Below, piece after piece: positions 13,201-28,200 of a stretch of DNA of 64,000 bases (the first letter of the stretch is position 1; each line of letters starts with the position of its first letter). The notes under the pieces were generated by a model that saw nothing but the letters and a program-made list of their open reading frames with translations, made no database searches and had not been told where the DNA came from. Both the position numbers and the translations under genes were made by a program. Origin of the DNA: the human T2T-CHM13v2.0 reference genome, Homo sapiens; NCBI RefSeq assembly GCF_009914755.1, contig NC_060933.1. The stretch is one strand, 5' to 3'.

Positions 13201-16200
13201 ATTCCAATGTATTCCTTTCCATTCCATTCCATTCCACTGCATTCGTGTTGATTCCATTGTTTTGCATTCCATTCCATTCCATTCCATTCCGGGTGATTCC
13301 ATTCCATTGCATTCCATTCCATTCCATTCCCCTGCACTCGGGTTGATTCCATTCCATTCCACTGCATTCCATTCCATTCCATTCCATTCCATTACAATCG
13401 AGTTGATTCCATTCCATTCCATTCCATTCCAGTCCTTTCCATTCCATTCCACTCGGTTTGATTCCATTCCATTAGTTTCCATTCGATTTCATTTCCTTCC
13501 ATTCCACTCTGGTTGATTCCATTCCTTTCCATTCCACTCGAATACATTCCTTCCTATTCCACTCGGAACGATTCCATTCCATTCCATTCCATTCCATTCC
13601 ATTCCATTCCATTTCGTTCCATTCCATTCTATTCCGTATCATTCCATTTCATTCCATTCCATTCCATTCCATTCCATTCCATTCCATTCCATTCCATTGT
13701 CCTCGGGTTGATTCCATTCCATTGCATTCCATTCTATTCCATTCCATTCCATTCCGTTGCATTCCATTCCATTACATTCGGATTCATTCTATTCAACTCC
13801 CTTACTATCCATTACATTCCATTCCATTCGGGTTGTTCCATTCCATTCCATTCCATTCCACTCCATTCCATTGCACTCGGGTTGATTCCATTCCATTCCA
13901 TTCCATTCCATTCCATTCCATTCCGGATGATTCCATTCCATTGCATTCCGTTCCATTACATTCCCCTGCACTGGCGTTGATTCCATTCCATTCCATTCCA
14001 TTCCATTCAATTCCATTCCATTACAATTCGTTCCATTCCATTCTATTCCGTACCATTCCATTCCATTCCATACCATTCCATTCCATTCCATTCCATTCCA
14101 TTCCGTTCCATTCCGTTCCATTCCATTCCATTCCATTCTATTTGGGTTAATTCCATTCCATTCCATTCCATTCCATTCCATTCTATTCCATTCCATTGCA
14201 ATCGAGTTGAATCCATTGCATTTCATTCCATTCCATTCCATTCCATTCCATTCCATTCCGGAAGATTCCATTCCATTGCATTCCATTCCATTCCATTCCC
14301 CTGCACTCGCGTTGATTCCATTCCATTCCATTCCATTGCATTCCATTCCATTCCGTTCCGTTCCGTTCCGTTCCGTTCCATTCCATTCCATTCCGTTCCG
14401 TTAAGTTCCATTCCATTCCATTGCATTCTATGCGGGTTAATTCCATTCAATTCCATTCGATTGCAATCGAGTTGATTCCATTCCATTCCATTCCATTCTA
14501 TTCCATTCCTTTCCATTCCATTACGGATGATTCCATTCCATTGCATTCCATTCCATTCCATTCCCGTGTACTCGGGTTCATTCCATTCCATTCCATTCCA
14601 ATCCATGCCATTCCACTCGTGTTGATTCCATTCTTTCCATTCCATTCAAGTTGAATCCATTCCATTGCATTCCATTCCATTCCATTCCCCTGCAGTCGGG
14701 TTGATTCCATTCCATTCCATTCCATTCCATTCCATTCCATTCCAATCAAGTTGATTCCATTCCATTCCATTCCATTCCATTCCATTCCATTCCACTCCAT
14801 TCCAGTCCTTTCCATTCCATTCCACTCGGGTTGATTCCAATGTATTCCTTTCCATTCCATTCCATTCCATTGCAATCGAGTTGATTCCATTGCTTTGTAT
14901 TCCATTCCATTCCATTCCATTCCGGATGATTCCATTCCATTGCATTCCATTCCATTCCATTCCCCTGCACTCGGGTTGATTCCATTCCTTTCCACTCCAT
15001 TCCATTCCATTCCATTCCATTCCATTGTATTCGGGTTAATTCCATTCCATTCCATTCCATTCCATTCCATTCCATTCCATTCCATTACAATCGAGTTGAT
15101 TCCATTCCATTCCATTCCAGTCCAGTCCGTTCCATTCCATTCCACTCGGGTTGATTCCATTCTATTAGTTTCCATTCCATTCCATTCCCTTCCATTCCAC
15201 TCTGGTTGATTCCATTCCTTTCCATTCCACTCGAATACATTCCCTCCTATTCCACTCGGAACGATTCCATTCCATTCCATTCCATTCCATTCCATTCCAT
15301 TCCATTCCATTTCGTTCCATTCCATTCTATTTCGTATCATTCCATTCCATTCCATTCCATTCCATTCCATTCCATTCCATTCCATTGTAGTCGGGTTGAT
15401 TCCCTTCCATTGCATTCTATTCCATTCCATTCCATTCCATTCCGTTGCATTCCATTCCATTACATTCGGATTGATTCTATTCAACTCCCTTACTCTCCAT
15501 TACATTCCATTCCATTCGGGTTGTTCCATTCCATTCCATTCCATTCCACTCCATTCGATTGCACTCGGGTTGATTCCATTCCATTCCATTACATTCCGTT
15601 CCATTCCGGATGATTCCATTCCATTGCATTCCGTTCCATTACATTCCCCTGCACTCGCGTTGATTCCATTCCATTCCATTCCATTCCATTCCATTCAATT
15701 CCATTCCATTACAATTCGTTCCATTCCATTCTATTCCGTACCATTCAATTCCATTCCATACCATTCCATTCCACTCCATTCCATTCCATTCCGTTCCATT
15801 CCGTTCCATTCCATTCCAGTCAATTCTATTCGGATTAATTCCATTCCATTCCATTCCATTCCATTCCATTCTATTCCATTCCATTGCAATCGAGTTGAAT
15901 CCATTGCATTTCATTCCATTCCATTCCATTCCATTCCATTCCGGAAGTTTCCATTCCATTGCATTCCATTCCATTCCATTCCCCTGCATTCGCGTTGTTT
16001 CCATTCCATCCCATTCCATTCCATTCCATTCCATTCCATTCCAATCCATTCCATTCCATTCCATTCCATTCCTTTCCATTCCATTCCATTCCATTCCATT
16101 CCATTCCATTCCATTCCATTCCGTTCCATTCCATTCCATTACATTCGGATTGATTCTATTCAATTCCCTTACACTCCATTACATTCCATTCCATTCGGGT

Positions 16201-19200
16201 AGTTTCCATTCCATTCCATGCCATTCCTCTCCATTCCATTGTACTCGGGTTGATTCCATTCCATTCCATTCCATTCCATTCCATTCCATTGCAATCGAGT
16301 TGAATCCATTGCATTTCATTCCATTCCATTCCATTCCATTCCATTCCATTCCGGAAGATTCCATTCCATTGCATTCCATTCCATTTGATTCCCCTGCACT
16401 CGCGTTGATTCCATTCCATTCCATTCCATTCCATTCCATTCCATTCCATTCCATTCCATTCCATTCCTTTCCGTTCCATTCCATTCCATTCCATTCCATT
16501 CCAATCCATTCCATTCTGTTCCGTTCCATTCCATTCCATTCCATTCCATTCTATTCGGGTTAATTCCATTCCATTCCATTCGATTGCAATCGAGTTGATT
16601 CCATTCCATTCCATTCCATTCCATTCCATTCCTTTCCTTTCCATTCCATTACGGATGATTCCATTCCATTGCATTCCATTCCATTCCATTCCCCTGTACT
16701 CGGGTTGATTCCATTCCATTCCATTCCAATCCATGCCATTCCACTCGTGTTGATTCCATTCTTTCCATTCCATTCAAGTTGAATCCATTCCATTGCATTC
16801 CATTCCATTCGCTTCCATTCGATTGCACTCGGGTTGATTCCATTCCATTGCATTCCATTCCATTCCATTTCATTCCATTCCATTCCTTTCCATTCCATTC
16901 CATTCCATTCCATTCCATTCCATTGCAATCGAGTTGATTCCATTCCATTCCTTTCCATTCCATTCAATTGCCTTGCATTCCACTCGGGTTGATTCCTTTC
17001 CCTTCTTTCCACTCCATTACATTCCCTTCCATTCCACTCGGAATGATTGATTCCATTCCATTCCATTCCATTTCATTCCATTGCAATCCATTCCTATCCA
17101 TTCCATTCCATTCCATTCCACTCGAGTTGACTTCATTCCACTCCTTTGCATTCCATTCCATTCCTTTCCACTCGAGTTGATTCCATTCCATTCCAATCCA
17201 TTGCATTCCATTCCATGCCATTCCACTCGGGTTGATTCCATTCCTTTGCATTCCATTCCATTCCATTCCATTGCATTCCATTCCATTCCATTCCGTTACA
17301 TTCCATTCCATTACATTCGAATTGATTCTATTCAACTCCCTTACTCTCCATTACATTCCATTCCATTCGGGTTGTTCCATTCCATTCCATGCCATTCCAC
17401 TCCATTCCATTGCACTCGGGTTGATTCCGTTCCATTCCATTCCATTCCATTTCATTCCAGATGATTCCATTCCATTGCATTCCGTTCCATTACATTCCCC
17501 TGCACTCGCGTTGATTCCATTCCATTCCATTCCATTCCATTCCATTCAATTCCATTCCATTACAATCATTTCCATTCCATTCTATTCCGTACCATTCCAT
17601 TCCATTCCATACCATTCCATTCCATTCCATTCCATTCCATTCCATTCGATTCCGTTCCATGCCGTTCCATTCAGTTCCATTCCATTCCATTCCATTCCAT
17701 TCCATTCTATTCTGGTTAATTCCATTCCATTCCATTCCATCCCATTCTATTACATTCCATTGCAATCGAGTTGAATCCATTGCATTTCATTCCATTCCAT
17801 TCCATTCCATTCCATTCCGGAAGATTCCATTCCATTGCATTCCATTCAATTCCATTCCCCTGCACTCGCGTTGATTCCATTCCATTCCATTCCATTCCAT
17901 TCCGTTCCGTTCCATTCCATTCCATTCCATTCCATTCCATTCCATTCCATTCCATTCCGTTCCGTTCCATTCCATTCCATTCTATTCGGGTTAATTCCAT
18001 TCCATTCCATTCCATTGCAATCGTGTTGATTCCATTCCATTCCATACCATTCCATTCCATTCCATTCCTTTCCATTCCATTACGGATGATTCCATTCCAT
18101 TGCATTCCATTCCATTCCATTCCCCTGTACTCGGGTTGATTCCATTCCATTGCATTCCAATCCATGCCCTTCCACTCGTGTTGATTCCATTCTTTCCATT
18201 CCATTCAAGTTGAATCCATTCCATTGCATTCCATTCCATTCGATTCCATTCGATTGCACTCGGGTTGATTCCATTCCATTGCATTCCATTCCATTCCATT
18301 CCATTCCATTCCGTTCCATTCCATTTCATTACATTCAGATTGATTCTAATCAATTCCCTTACACTCCATTATATTCCAATCCATTCTGGTTGTCTCCATT
18401 CCATTCCATTCCATTTCACTCCATTCCATTGCTCTCGGGTTGATTCCATTCCATTCCATTCCATTCCATTCCATTCCATTCCATTCCGGATGATTCCATT
18501 CCATTGCATTCCGTTCCATTACATTCCCCTGCACTCGCATTGATTCCATTCCATTCCATTCAATTCCATTCCATTACAATTCGTTACATTCCATTCTATT
18601 CCGTACCATTCCATTCCATTCTATACCATTCCATTTCATTCCATTCCATTCCATTCCATTCCATTCCGTTCCATTCCGTTCCATTGCATTCCATTCCATT
18701 CTATTCGGGTTAATTCCGTTCCATTCCATTCCATTCCATTCTATTCCATTCCATTGCATTCGAGTTGAATCCATTGCATTTCATTCCATTCCATTCCATT
18801 CCATTCCATTCCGGAAGATTCCATTCAATAGCATTCCATTCCATTCCATTCCCCTGCACTCGCGTTGATTCCATTCCATTCCATTCCATTCCATTCTGTT
18901 CCGTTCCATTCCATTCCATTCCATTCCATTCCGTTCCGTTCCTTTCCATTCCATTCCATTCCTTTCTATTCGGGTTAATTCCATTCCATTCCATTCGATT
19001 GCAATCGAGTTGATTCCATTCCATTGCATTTCATTCCATTCGATTCCATTCGATTGCACTCGGGTTGATTCGATTCCATTGCATTCCATTCCATTCCATT
19101 CCATTCCATTCCGTTCCAATCCTTTCCATTACATTCGGATTGATTCTATTCAATTCCCTTACACTCCATTACATTCCATTCCATTCGGTTAGTTTCCACT

Positions 19201-22200
19201 CCATTCCATTCCATTCCTCTCCATTCCATTGCACTCGGGTTGATTCCATTCCATTGCATTCCATTCCATTCCATTCCATTCCATTCCGTTCCATTCCATT
19301 CCATTACATTCGGATTGATTCTATTCAACTCCCTTACTCTCCATTACATTCCATTCCATTCGGGTTGTTCCATTCCATTCCATTCCATTCCACTCCATTC
19401 CATTGCACTCGGGTTTATTCCATTCCATTCCATTCCATTCCATTCCATTCCATTCCATTCCATTCCATTCCGGAAGATTCCATTCCATTGCATTCCATTC
19501 CATTCCATTCCCCTGCACTCGCGTTGATTCCATTCCATTCCATTCCATTCCATTCCATTCCATTCCATTCCGTTCCGTTCCGTTCCATTCCATTCCATTC
19601 CATTCCATTCCGTTCCGTTCCGTTGCATTCCATTCCATTCCATTCCATTCTATTTGGGTTAATTCCATTCCATTCCATTCGATTGCAATCGAGTTGATTC
19701 CATTCCATTCCATTCCATTCCATTCCATTCCATTCCATTACGGATGATTCCATTCCTTTGCATTCCATTCCATTCCATTCCCCTGTACTCGGGTTGATTC
19801 CATTCCATTCCATTCCAATCCATGCCATTCCACTCGTGTTGATTCCATTCTTTCCATTCCATTCAAGTTGAATCCATTCCATTGCATTCCATTCCATTCG
19901 ATTCCATTCGATTGCACTCGGGTTGATTCCATTCCATTGCATTCCATTCCATTCCATTCCATTCCATTCCATTCCATTCCGTTCCATTCCATTCCATTAC
20001 ATTCGGATTAATTCTATTCAATTCCCTTACACTCCATTATATTCCATTCCATTCGGGTAGTTTCCATTCCATTCCATTCCATTCCTCTCCATTCCATTGC
20101 ACTCGGGTTGACTGCATTCCATTGCATTCCATTCCATTCCATTCAATTCCATTCCGTTCCATTCCATTCCATTATATTCGGATTGATTCTATTCAACTCC
20201 CGTACTCTCCATTACATTCGATTCCATTCGGGTTGTTCCATTCCATTCCATTCCATTCCACTCCATTTCATTGCACTCGGGTTGATTCCATTCCATTCCA
20301 TTCCATTCCGGAAGATTCCATTCCATTGCATTCCCTTACATTCCAATCCCCTGCACTCGCGTTGATTCCATTCCATTCCATTCCATTCCATTCCATTCCA
20401 TTCCATTCCTTTCCGTTCCATTCCATTGCATTCCATTCCATTCCATTCCATTCCATTCCATTCCGTTCCGTTCCGTTCCATTCCATTCCATTCCATTCTT
20501 TTCGGGTTAATTCCATTCCATTCCATTCCATTGCAATCGAGTTGATTCCATTCCATTCCATTCCATTCCATTCCATTCCATTCCTTTCCATTCCATTACG
20601 GATGATTCCATTCCATTGCATTCCATTCCATTCCATTCCCCTGTACTCGGGTTGATTCCATTCCATTCCATTCCAATCCATGCCATTCCACTCGTGTTGA
20701 TTCCATTCTTTCCATTCCATTCAAGTTGAATCCATTCCATTGCATTCCATTCCATTCCATTCCATTCCCCCGCAGTCGGGTTGATTCCATTCCATTCCAT
20801 TCCATTCCGTTCCTTTCCATTTAATTCCATTCCATTCTATTCGGGTTAATTCCATTCCATTCCATTCCATTCCATTCCATTCCATTCCAATCGAGTTGAT
20901 TCCATTCCATTCCATTCCATTCCATTCCACTCCATTCCAGTCCTTTCCATTCCATTCCCCTCGGGTTGATTCCAATGTATTCCTTTCCATTCCATTCCAT
21001 TTCATTGCAATCGAGTTGATTCCATTTCTTTGCATTCCATTCCATTCTATTCCATTCCGGATGATTCCATTCCATTGCATTCCATTCCATTCCGTTCCCC
21101 TGCACACGGGTTGATTCCATTCCATTCCACTCCATTCCGTTCCATTCCATTCCATTCCGTTGTATTCGGGTTAATTCCATTCCATTCCATTCCATTCCAT
21201 TCCATTCCATTCCAATCCATTACAATCGAGTTGATTCCATTCCATTCCATTCCATTCCATTCCATTCCATTCCAGTCCTTTCCATTCCATTCCACTCGGG
21301 TTGATTCCATTCTATTAGTTTCCATTCCATTCCATTCCCTTCCATTCCACTCTGGTTGATTCCATTCCTTTCCATTCCACTCGAATACATTCCCTCCTAT
21401 TCCACTCGGAACGATTCCATTCCATTCCATTCCATTCCATTCCATTCCATTCCATTCCATTTCGTTCCATTCCATTCTATTCCGTACCATTCCATTCCAT
21501 TGCATTCCTTTGCATTCCATTCCATTCCACTCGTGTTGATTCCATTCCTTTCCATTCCACTCGAATACATTCCCTCCTATTCCACTCGGAACGATTCCAT
21601 TCCATTCCATTCCATTTCGTTCCATTCCTTTCTATTCCGTACCATTCCATTCCATTCCATTCCATTCCATTCCATTCCATTCCATTCCATTCCATTGTAC
21701 TCGGGTTGATTCCATTACATTGCATTCCATTCCATTCCATTCCATTCCATTCTATTCCATTCCATTCCGTTGCATTCCATTCCATTACATTAGGATTGAT
21801 TCTATTCAACTCACTTACTCCCCATTACATTCCATTCCATTCGGGTTGTTCCATTCCATTCCATTCCATTCCACTCCATTCCATTGCACTCGGGTTGATT
21901 CCATTCCATTCCATTCCATTCCATTCCATTCCATTCCGGATAATTCCATTCCATTACATTCCGTTCCATTACATTCCCCTGCACTCGCGTTGATTCCATT
22001 CCATTCCATTCCGTTCCATTCCATTCCATTCCATTCCATTCGATTCCGTTCCTTTCCATTCCGTTCCATTCCATTCTATTCGGGTTAATTCCATTCCATT
22101 CCATTCGATTGCAATCGAGTTGATTCCATTCCATTGCATTCCATTCCATTCGATTCCATTCGATTGCACTCGGGTTGATTCCATTCCATTGCATTCCATT

Positions 22201-25200
22201 CTATTCCATTCCATTCCATTCCATTCCATTCCATTCCATTCCATTCCATTCCTTTCAGTTCCATTCCTTTCCATTACATTCGTATTGATTCTCTTCAATT
22301 CCCTTACACTCCATTACATTCCATTCCATTCGGGTAGTTTCCACTCCATTCCATTCCATTCCTCTCCATTCCATTGCACTCGGGTTGATTCCATTCCATT
22401 GCATTCCATTCCATTCCATTCAATTCCATTCCGTTCCATTCCATTCCATTCCATTACATTCGGATTGATTCTATTCAACTCCCTTACACTCCATTACATT
22501 CCATTCCATTCGGGTTGTTCCATTCCATTCCATTCCATTCCACTCCATTCCATTGCACTCGGGTTGATTCCATTCCATTCCATTCCATTCCATTCCGGAA
22601 GATTCCATTCCATTGCATTCCATTACATTCCATTCCCCTGCACTCGCTTTGATTCCATTCCATTCCATTCCATTCCATTCCATTCCATTCCGTTCCGTTC
22701 CGTTCCATTCCATTCCATTCCATTCCATTCCATTCCGTTCCGTTCCATTCCATTCCATTCCATTCTATTCGGGTTAATTCTATTCCATTCCATTCCATTC
22801 CATTCCATTCCGGAAGATTCCATTCCATTGCATTCCATTCCATTCCATTCCACTGCACTCGCGTTGATTCCATTCCATTCCATTCCATTCCATTCCATTC
22901 CATTCCATTCCTTTCCGTTCCATTCCATTTTATTCCATTCCATTCCGTTCCGTTCCCTTCCGTTCCGTTCCATTCCATTCCATTCCATTCTATTCGGGTT
23001 AATTGCATTCCATTTCATTCGACTGCAATCGAGTTGATTCCATTCCATTCCATTCCATTCCATTCCATTCCATTCCATTCCATTCCTTTCCATTCCATTC
23101 CGGATGATTCCATTCCATTGCATTCCGTTCCATTACATTCCCCTTCACTGGCGTTGATTCCATTCCATTCCATTCCATTCCATTCAATTCCATTCCATTA
23201 CAATTCGTTCCATTCCATTCTATTCCGTACCATTCCATTCCATTCCATACCATTCCATTCCATTCCATTCCATTCCATTCCATTCCATTCCGTTCCATTC
23301 CTTTCCATTCCATTCCATTCCATTCTATTTGGGTTAATTCCATTCCAATCCATTCCATTCCATTCCATTCCATTCTATTCCATTCCATTGCAATCGAGTT
23401 GAATCCATTGCATTTCATTCCATTCCATTCCATTCCATTCCATTCCATTCCGGAAGATTCCATTCCATTGCATTCCATTCCATTCCATTCCCCTGCACTC
23501 GCGTTGATTCCATTCCATTCCATTCCATTGCATTCCATTCCATTCCGTTCCGTTCCGTTCCGTTCCGTTCCATTCCATTCCATTCCGTTCCGTTAAGTTC
23601 CATTCCATTCCATTCCATTCTATGCGGGTTAATTCCATTCAATTCCATTCGATTGCAATCGAGTTGATTCCATTCCATTCAATTCCATTCTATTCCATTC
23701 CTTTCCATTCCATTACGGATGATTCCATTCCATTGCATTCCATTCCATTCCATTCCCGTGTACTCGGGTTCATTCCATTCCATTCCATTCCAATCCATGC
23801 CATTCCACTCGTGTTGATTCCATTCTTTCCATTCCATTCAAATTGAATCCATTCCATTGCATTCCATTCCATTCCATTCCCCTGCAGTCGGGTTGATTCC
23901 ATTCCATTCCATTCCATTCCATTCCATTCCATTCCATTCCACTCCAATCAAGTTGATTCCATTCCATTCCATTCCATTCCATTCCATTCCATTCCACTCC
24001 ATTCCAGTCCTTTCCATTCCATTCCACTCGGGTTGATTCCAATGTATTCCTTTCCATTCCATTCCATTCCATTGCAATCGAGTTGATTCCATTGCTTTGT
24101 ATTCCATTCCATTCCATTCCATTCCGGATGATTCCATTCCATTGCATTCCATTCCATTCCATTCCTCTGCACTCGGGTTGATTCCATTCCTTTCCACTCC
24201 ATTCCATTCCATTCCATTCCATTCCATTGTATTCGGGTTAATTCCATTCCATTCCATTCCATTCCATTCCAGTCCGTTCCATTCCATTCCAGTCGGGTTG
24301 ATTCCATTCTATTAGTTTCCATTCCATTCCATTCCCTTCCATTCCACTCTGGTTGATTCCATTCCTTTCCATTCCACTCGAATACATTCCCTCCTATTCC
24401 ACTCGGAACGATTCCATTCCATTCCATTCCATTCCATTCCATTCCATTCCATTTCGTTCCATTCCATTCTATTCCGTATCTTTCCATTCCATTCCATTCC
24501 ATTCCATTCCATTCCATTCCATTCCATTCCATTCCATTCCATTGTAGTCGGGTTGATTCCCTTCCATTGCATTCTATTCCATTCCATTCCATTCCATTCC
24601 GTTGCATTCCATTCCATTACATTCGGATTGATTCTATTCAACTCCCTTACTCTCCATTACATTCCATTCCATTCGGGTTGTTCCATTCCATTCCATTCCA
24701 TTCCACTCCATTCCATTGCACTCGGGTTGATTCCATTCCATTCCATTACATTCCATTCCGGAAGATTCCATTCCATTGCATTCCATTACATTCCATTCCC
24801 CTGCACTCGCTTTGATTCCATTCCATTCCATTCCATTCCATTCCATTCCGTTCCGTTCCATTCCATTCCATTCCATTCCATTCCATTCCGTTCCGTTCCA
24901 TTCCATTCCATTCCATTCTATTCGGGTTAATTCCATTCCATTCCATTCCATTCCGGAAGATTCCATTCCATTGCATTCCATTCCATTCCATTCCCCTGCA
25001 CTCGCGTTGATTCCATTCCATTCCATTCCATTCCATTCCATTCCATTCCATTCCTTTCCGTTCCATTCCATTGCATTCCATTCCATTCCGTTCCGTTCCC
25101 TTCCGTTCCGTTCCATTCCATTCCATTCCATTCTATTCGGGTTAATTCCATTCCATTCCATTCGACTGCAATCGAGTTGATTCCATTCCATTCCTTTCCA

Positions 25201-28200
25201 TTCCATTCCATTCCTTTCCATTCCATTACGGATGATTCCATTCCATTGCATTCCATTCCATTCCATTCCATTTTATTCGGGTTAATTCCATTCCATTCCA
25301 TTCCATTCCATTCTATTCCATTCCATAGCAATCGAGTTGAATCCATTGCATTCCATTCCATTCCATTCCGGAAGATTCCATTCCATTGTATTCCATTCCA
25401 TTCCATTCCCCTGCACTCGCGTTGTTTCCATTCCATTCCATTCCATTCCATTCCATTCCGTTCCGTTCCGTTCCATTCGATTCCATTCCATTCCGTTCCG
25501 TTCCGTTCCGTTCCATTCCATTCCATTCTATTCGGGTTAATTCCATTCCATTCCATTCGATTGCAATCGAGTTGATTCCATTCCATTCTATTCCGTTCCA
25601 TTCCATTCCATTCCATTCCTTTCCATTCCATTACGGATGATTCCATTCCATTGCAATACATTCCATTCCATTCCCTTGTACTCGGGTTGATTCCATTCCA
25701 TTCCATTCCATTCCATTCCATTCCATTCTATTCCATTCCATTCCATTCCATTCCGGAAGATTCCATTCCATTGCATTCCATTCCATTCCATTCCCCTGCA
25801 ATCGCGTTGATTCCATTCCATTCCATTCCATTCCATTCCATTCCGTTCCGTTCCATTCCATTCCATTCCATTCCATTCCGTTCCGTTCCGTTCCGTTCCA
25901 TTCCATTCCATTCCATTCTATTCGGGTTAATTCCATTCCATTCCATTCGATTGTAATCGTGTTGATTCCATTCCATTACATTCCATTCCATTCCATTCCA
26001 TTCCTTTCCATTCCATTACGGATGATTCCATTCCATTGCATTCCATTCCATTCCATTCCCCTGTACTCGGGTTGATTCCATTCCATTGCATTCCAATCCA
26101 TGCCCTTCCACTCGTGTTGATTCCATTCTTTCCATTCCATTCAAGTTGAATCCATTCCATTGCATTCCATTCAATTTGATTCCATTCGATTGCACTCGGG
26201 TTGATTCCATTCCATTGCATTCCATTCCATTCCACTCCATTCCATGCCATTCCATTCCGTTCTATTCCATTCCATTACATTCGGATTGATTCTATTCAAC
26301 TCCCTTACTCTCCATTACATTCCATTCCATTCGGGTTGTTCCATTCCATTCCATTCCCTTCCACTCCATTCCATTGCACTCGGGTTGATTCCATTCCTTT
26401 CCATTCCATTCCATTCCATTCCGGATGATTACATTCCATTGCATTCCATTCCATTACATTCCCCTGCACTCGCGTTGATTCCATTCCATTCCATTCCATT
26501 CAATTCCATTCCATTACAATTCGTTCCATTCTATTCTATTCCGTACCATTCCATTCCATTCCATGCCATTCCATTCCATTCCATTCCATTCCATTCCATT
26601 CCGTTCCATTCCGTTCCATTCCATTCCATTCTATTCGGGTTAATTCCATTCCATTCCATTCGATTGCAATCGAGTTGATTCCATTCCATTCCATTCCATT
26701 CCATTCCATTCCATTCCATTCCATACCATTCCTCTCCATTCCATTGCACTCGGGTTGATTCCATTCCATTGCATTCTATTCCATTCATTCAATTCCATTC
26801 CGTTCCATTCAATTCCATTACATTCGGATTGATTCTATTCAACTCCCTTACTCTCCATTCCATTCCATTCCATTCCACTCCATTCCATTGCACTCGGGTT
26901 GATTCCATTCCATTCCATTCCATTCCATTCCATTCCATTCCATTACAATCGAGTTGATTCCATTCCATTCCATTCCATTCCAGTCCTTTCCATTCCTTTC
27001 CACTCGGGTTGATTCCATTCTATTAGTTTCCATTCCATTCCATTCCCTTCCATTCCACTCTGGTTGATTCCATTCCTTTCCATTCCACTCAAATACATTC
27101 CCTCCTATTCCACTCGGAACGATTCCATTCCATTCCATTCCATTCAATTCCATTCCATTCCATTTCGTTCCATTCCATTCTATTCCATATCATTCCATAC
27201 CATTCCATTCCATTCCATTCCATTCCATTCCATTCCATTCCATTCCATTCCATTGTACTCGGTTTGATTCCATTCCATTGCATTCCATTCCATTCCATTC
27301 CATTCCATTCCATTCCATTCCATTCCATTCCGTTCCATTCCATTACATTCGGATTGATTCTTTTCAACTCCCTTACTCTCCATTACATTCCATTCCATTC
27401 GGATAGTTCCATTCCATTCCATTCCATTCCACTCCATTCCATTGCACTCGGGTTGATTCCATTCCATTCCATTGCATTCCATTCCGGATGATTCCATTCC
27501 CTTGCATTCCGTTCCATTACATTCACCTGCACTCGGGTTGATTCCATTCCATTCCATTCCATTCCATTCCATTCCATTCCTTTCCATTCCAGTCCTTTCC
27601 ATTCCATTCCACTCGGGTTGATTCCATTCTATTAGTTTCCATTCCATTCCATTCCCTTCCATTCCACTCTGGTTTATTCCATTCCTTTCCATTCCACTCG
27701 AATACATTCCCTCTTATTCCACTCGGAACGATTCCATTCCATTCCATTCCATTCCATTCCATTCCATTCCATTCCATTTCGTTCCATTCCATTCTATTCC
27801 GTATCATTCCATTCCATTCCATTCCATTCCATTCCATTCCACTCGTGTTGATTTCATTCCTTTCCATTCCATTCGGTTTGAAGGCATCCCATTCCATTCC
27901 ATTCCATTCCATTCCATTCCATTCCATTCCATTCCATTGTACTCGGGTTGATTCCATTCCATTGCATTCCATTCCATTCCATTCCATTCCATTCCATTCC
28001 GTTGCATTCCAATTCTTTCCATTCCATTCTATTCGGTACCATTCCATTCCATTCCATACAATTCCATTCCATTCCATTCCACTCCGTTCGGTTCCGTTCC
28101 GTTCCGTTCCGTTCCATTCCATTCCATTCCATTCTATTCGGTTTAATTCCATTCCATTCCATTCCATTCCATTCCATTCCATTCCATTCTATTCCATTCC

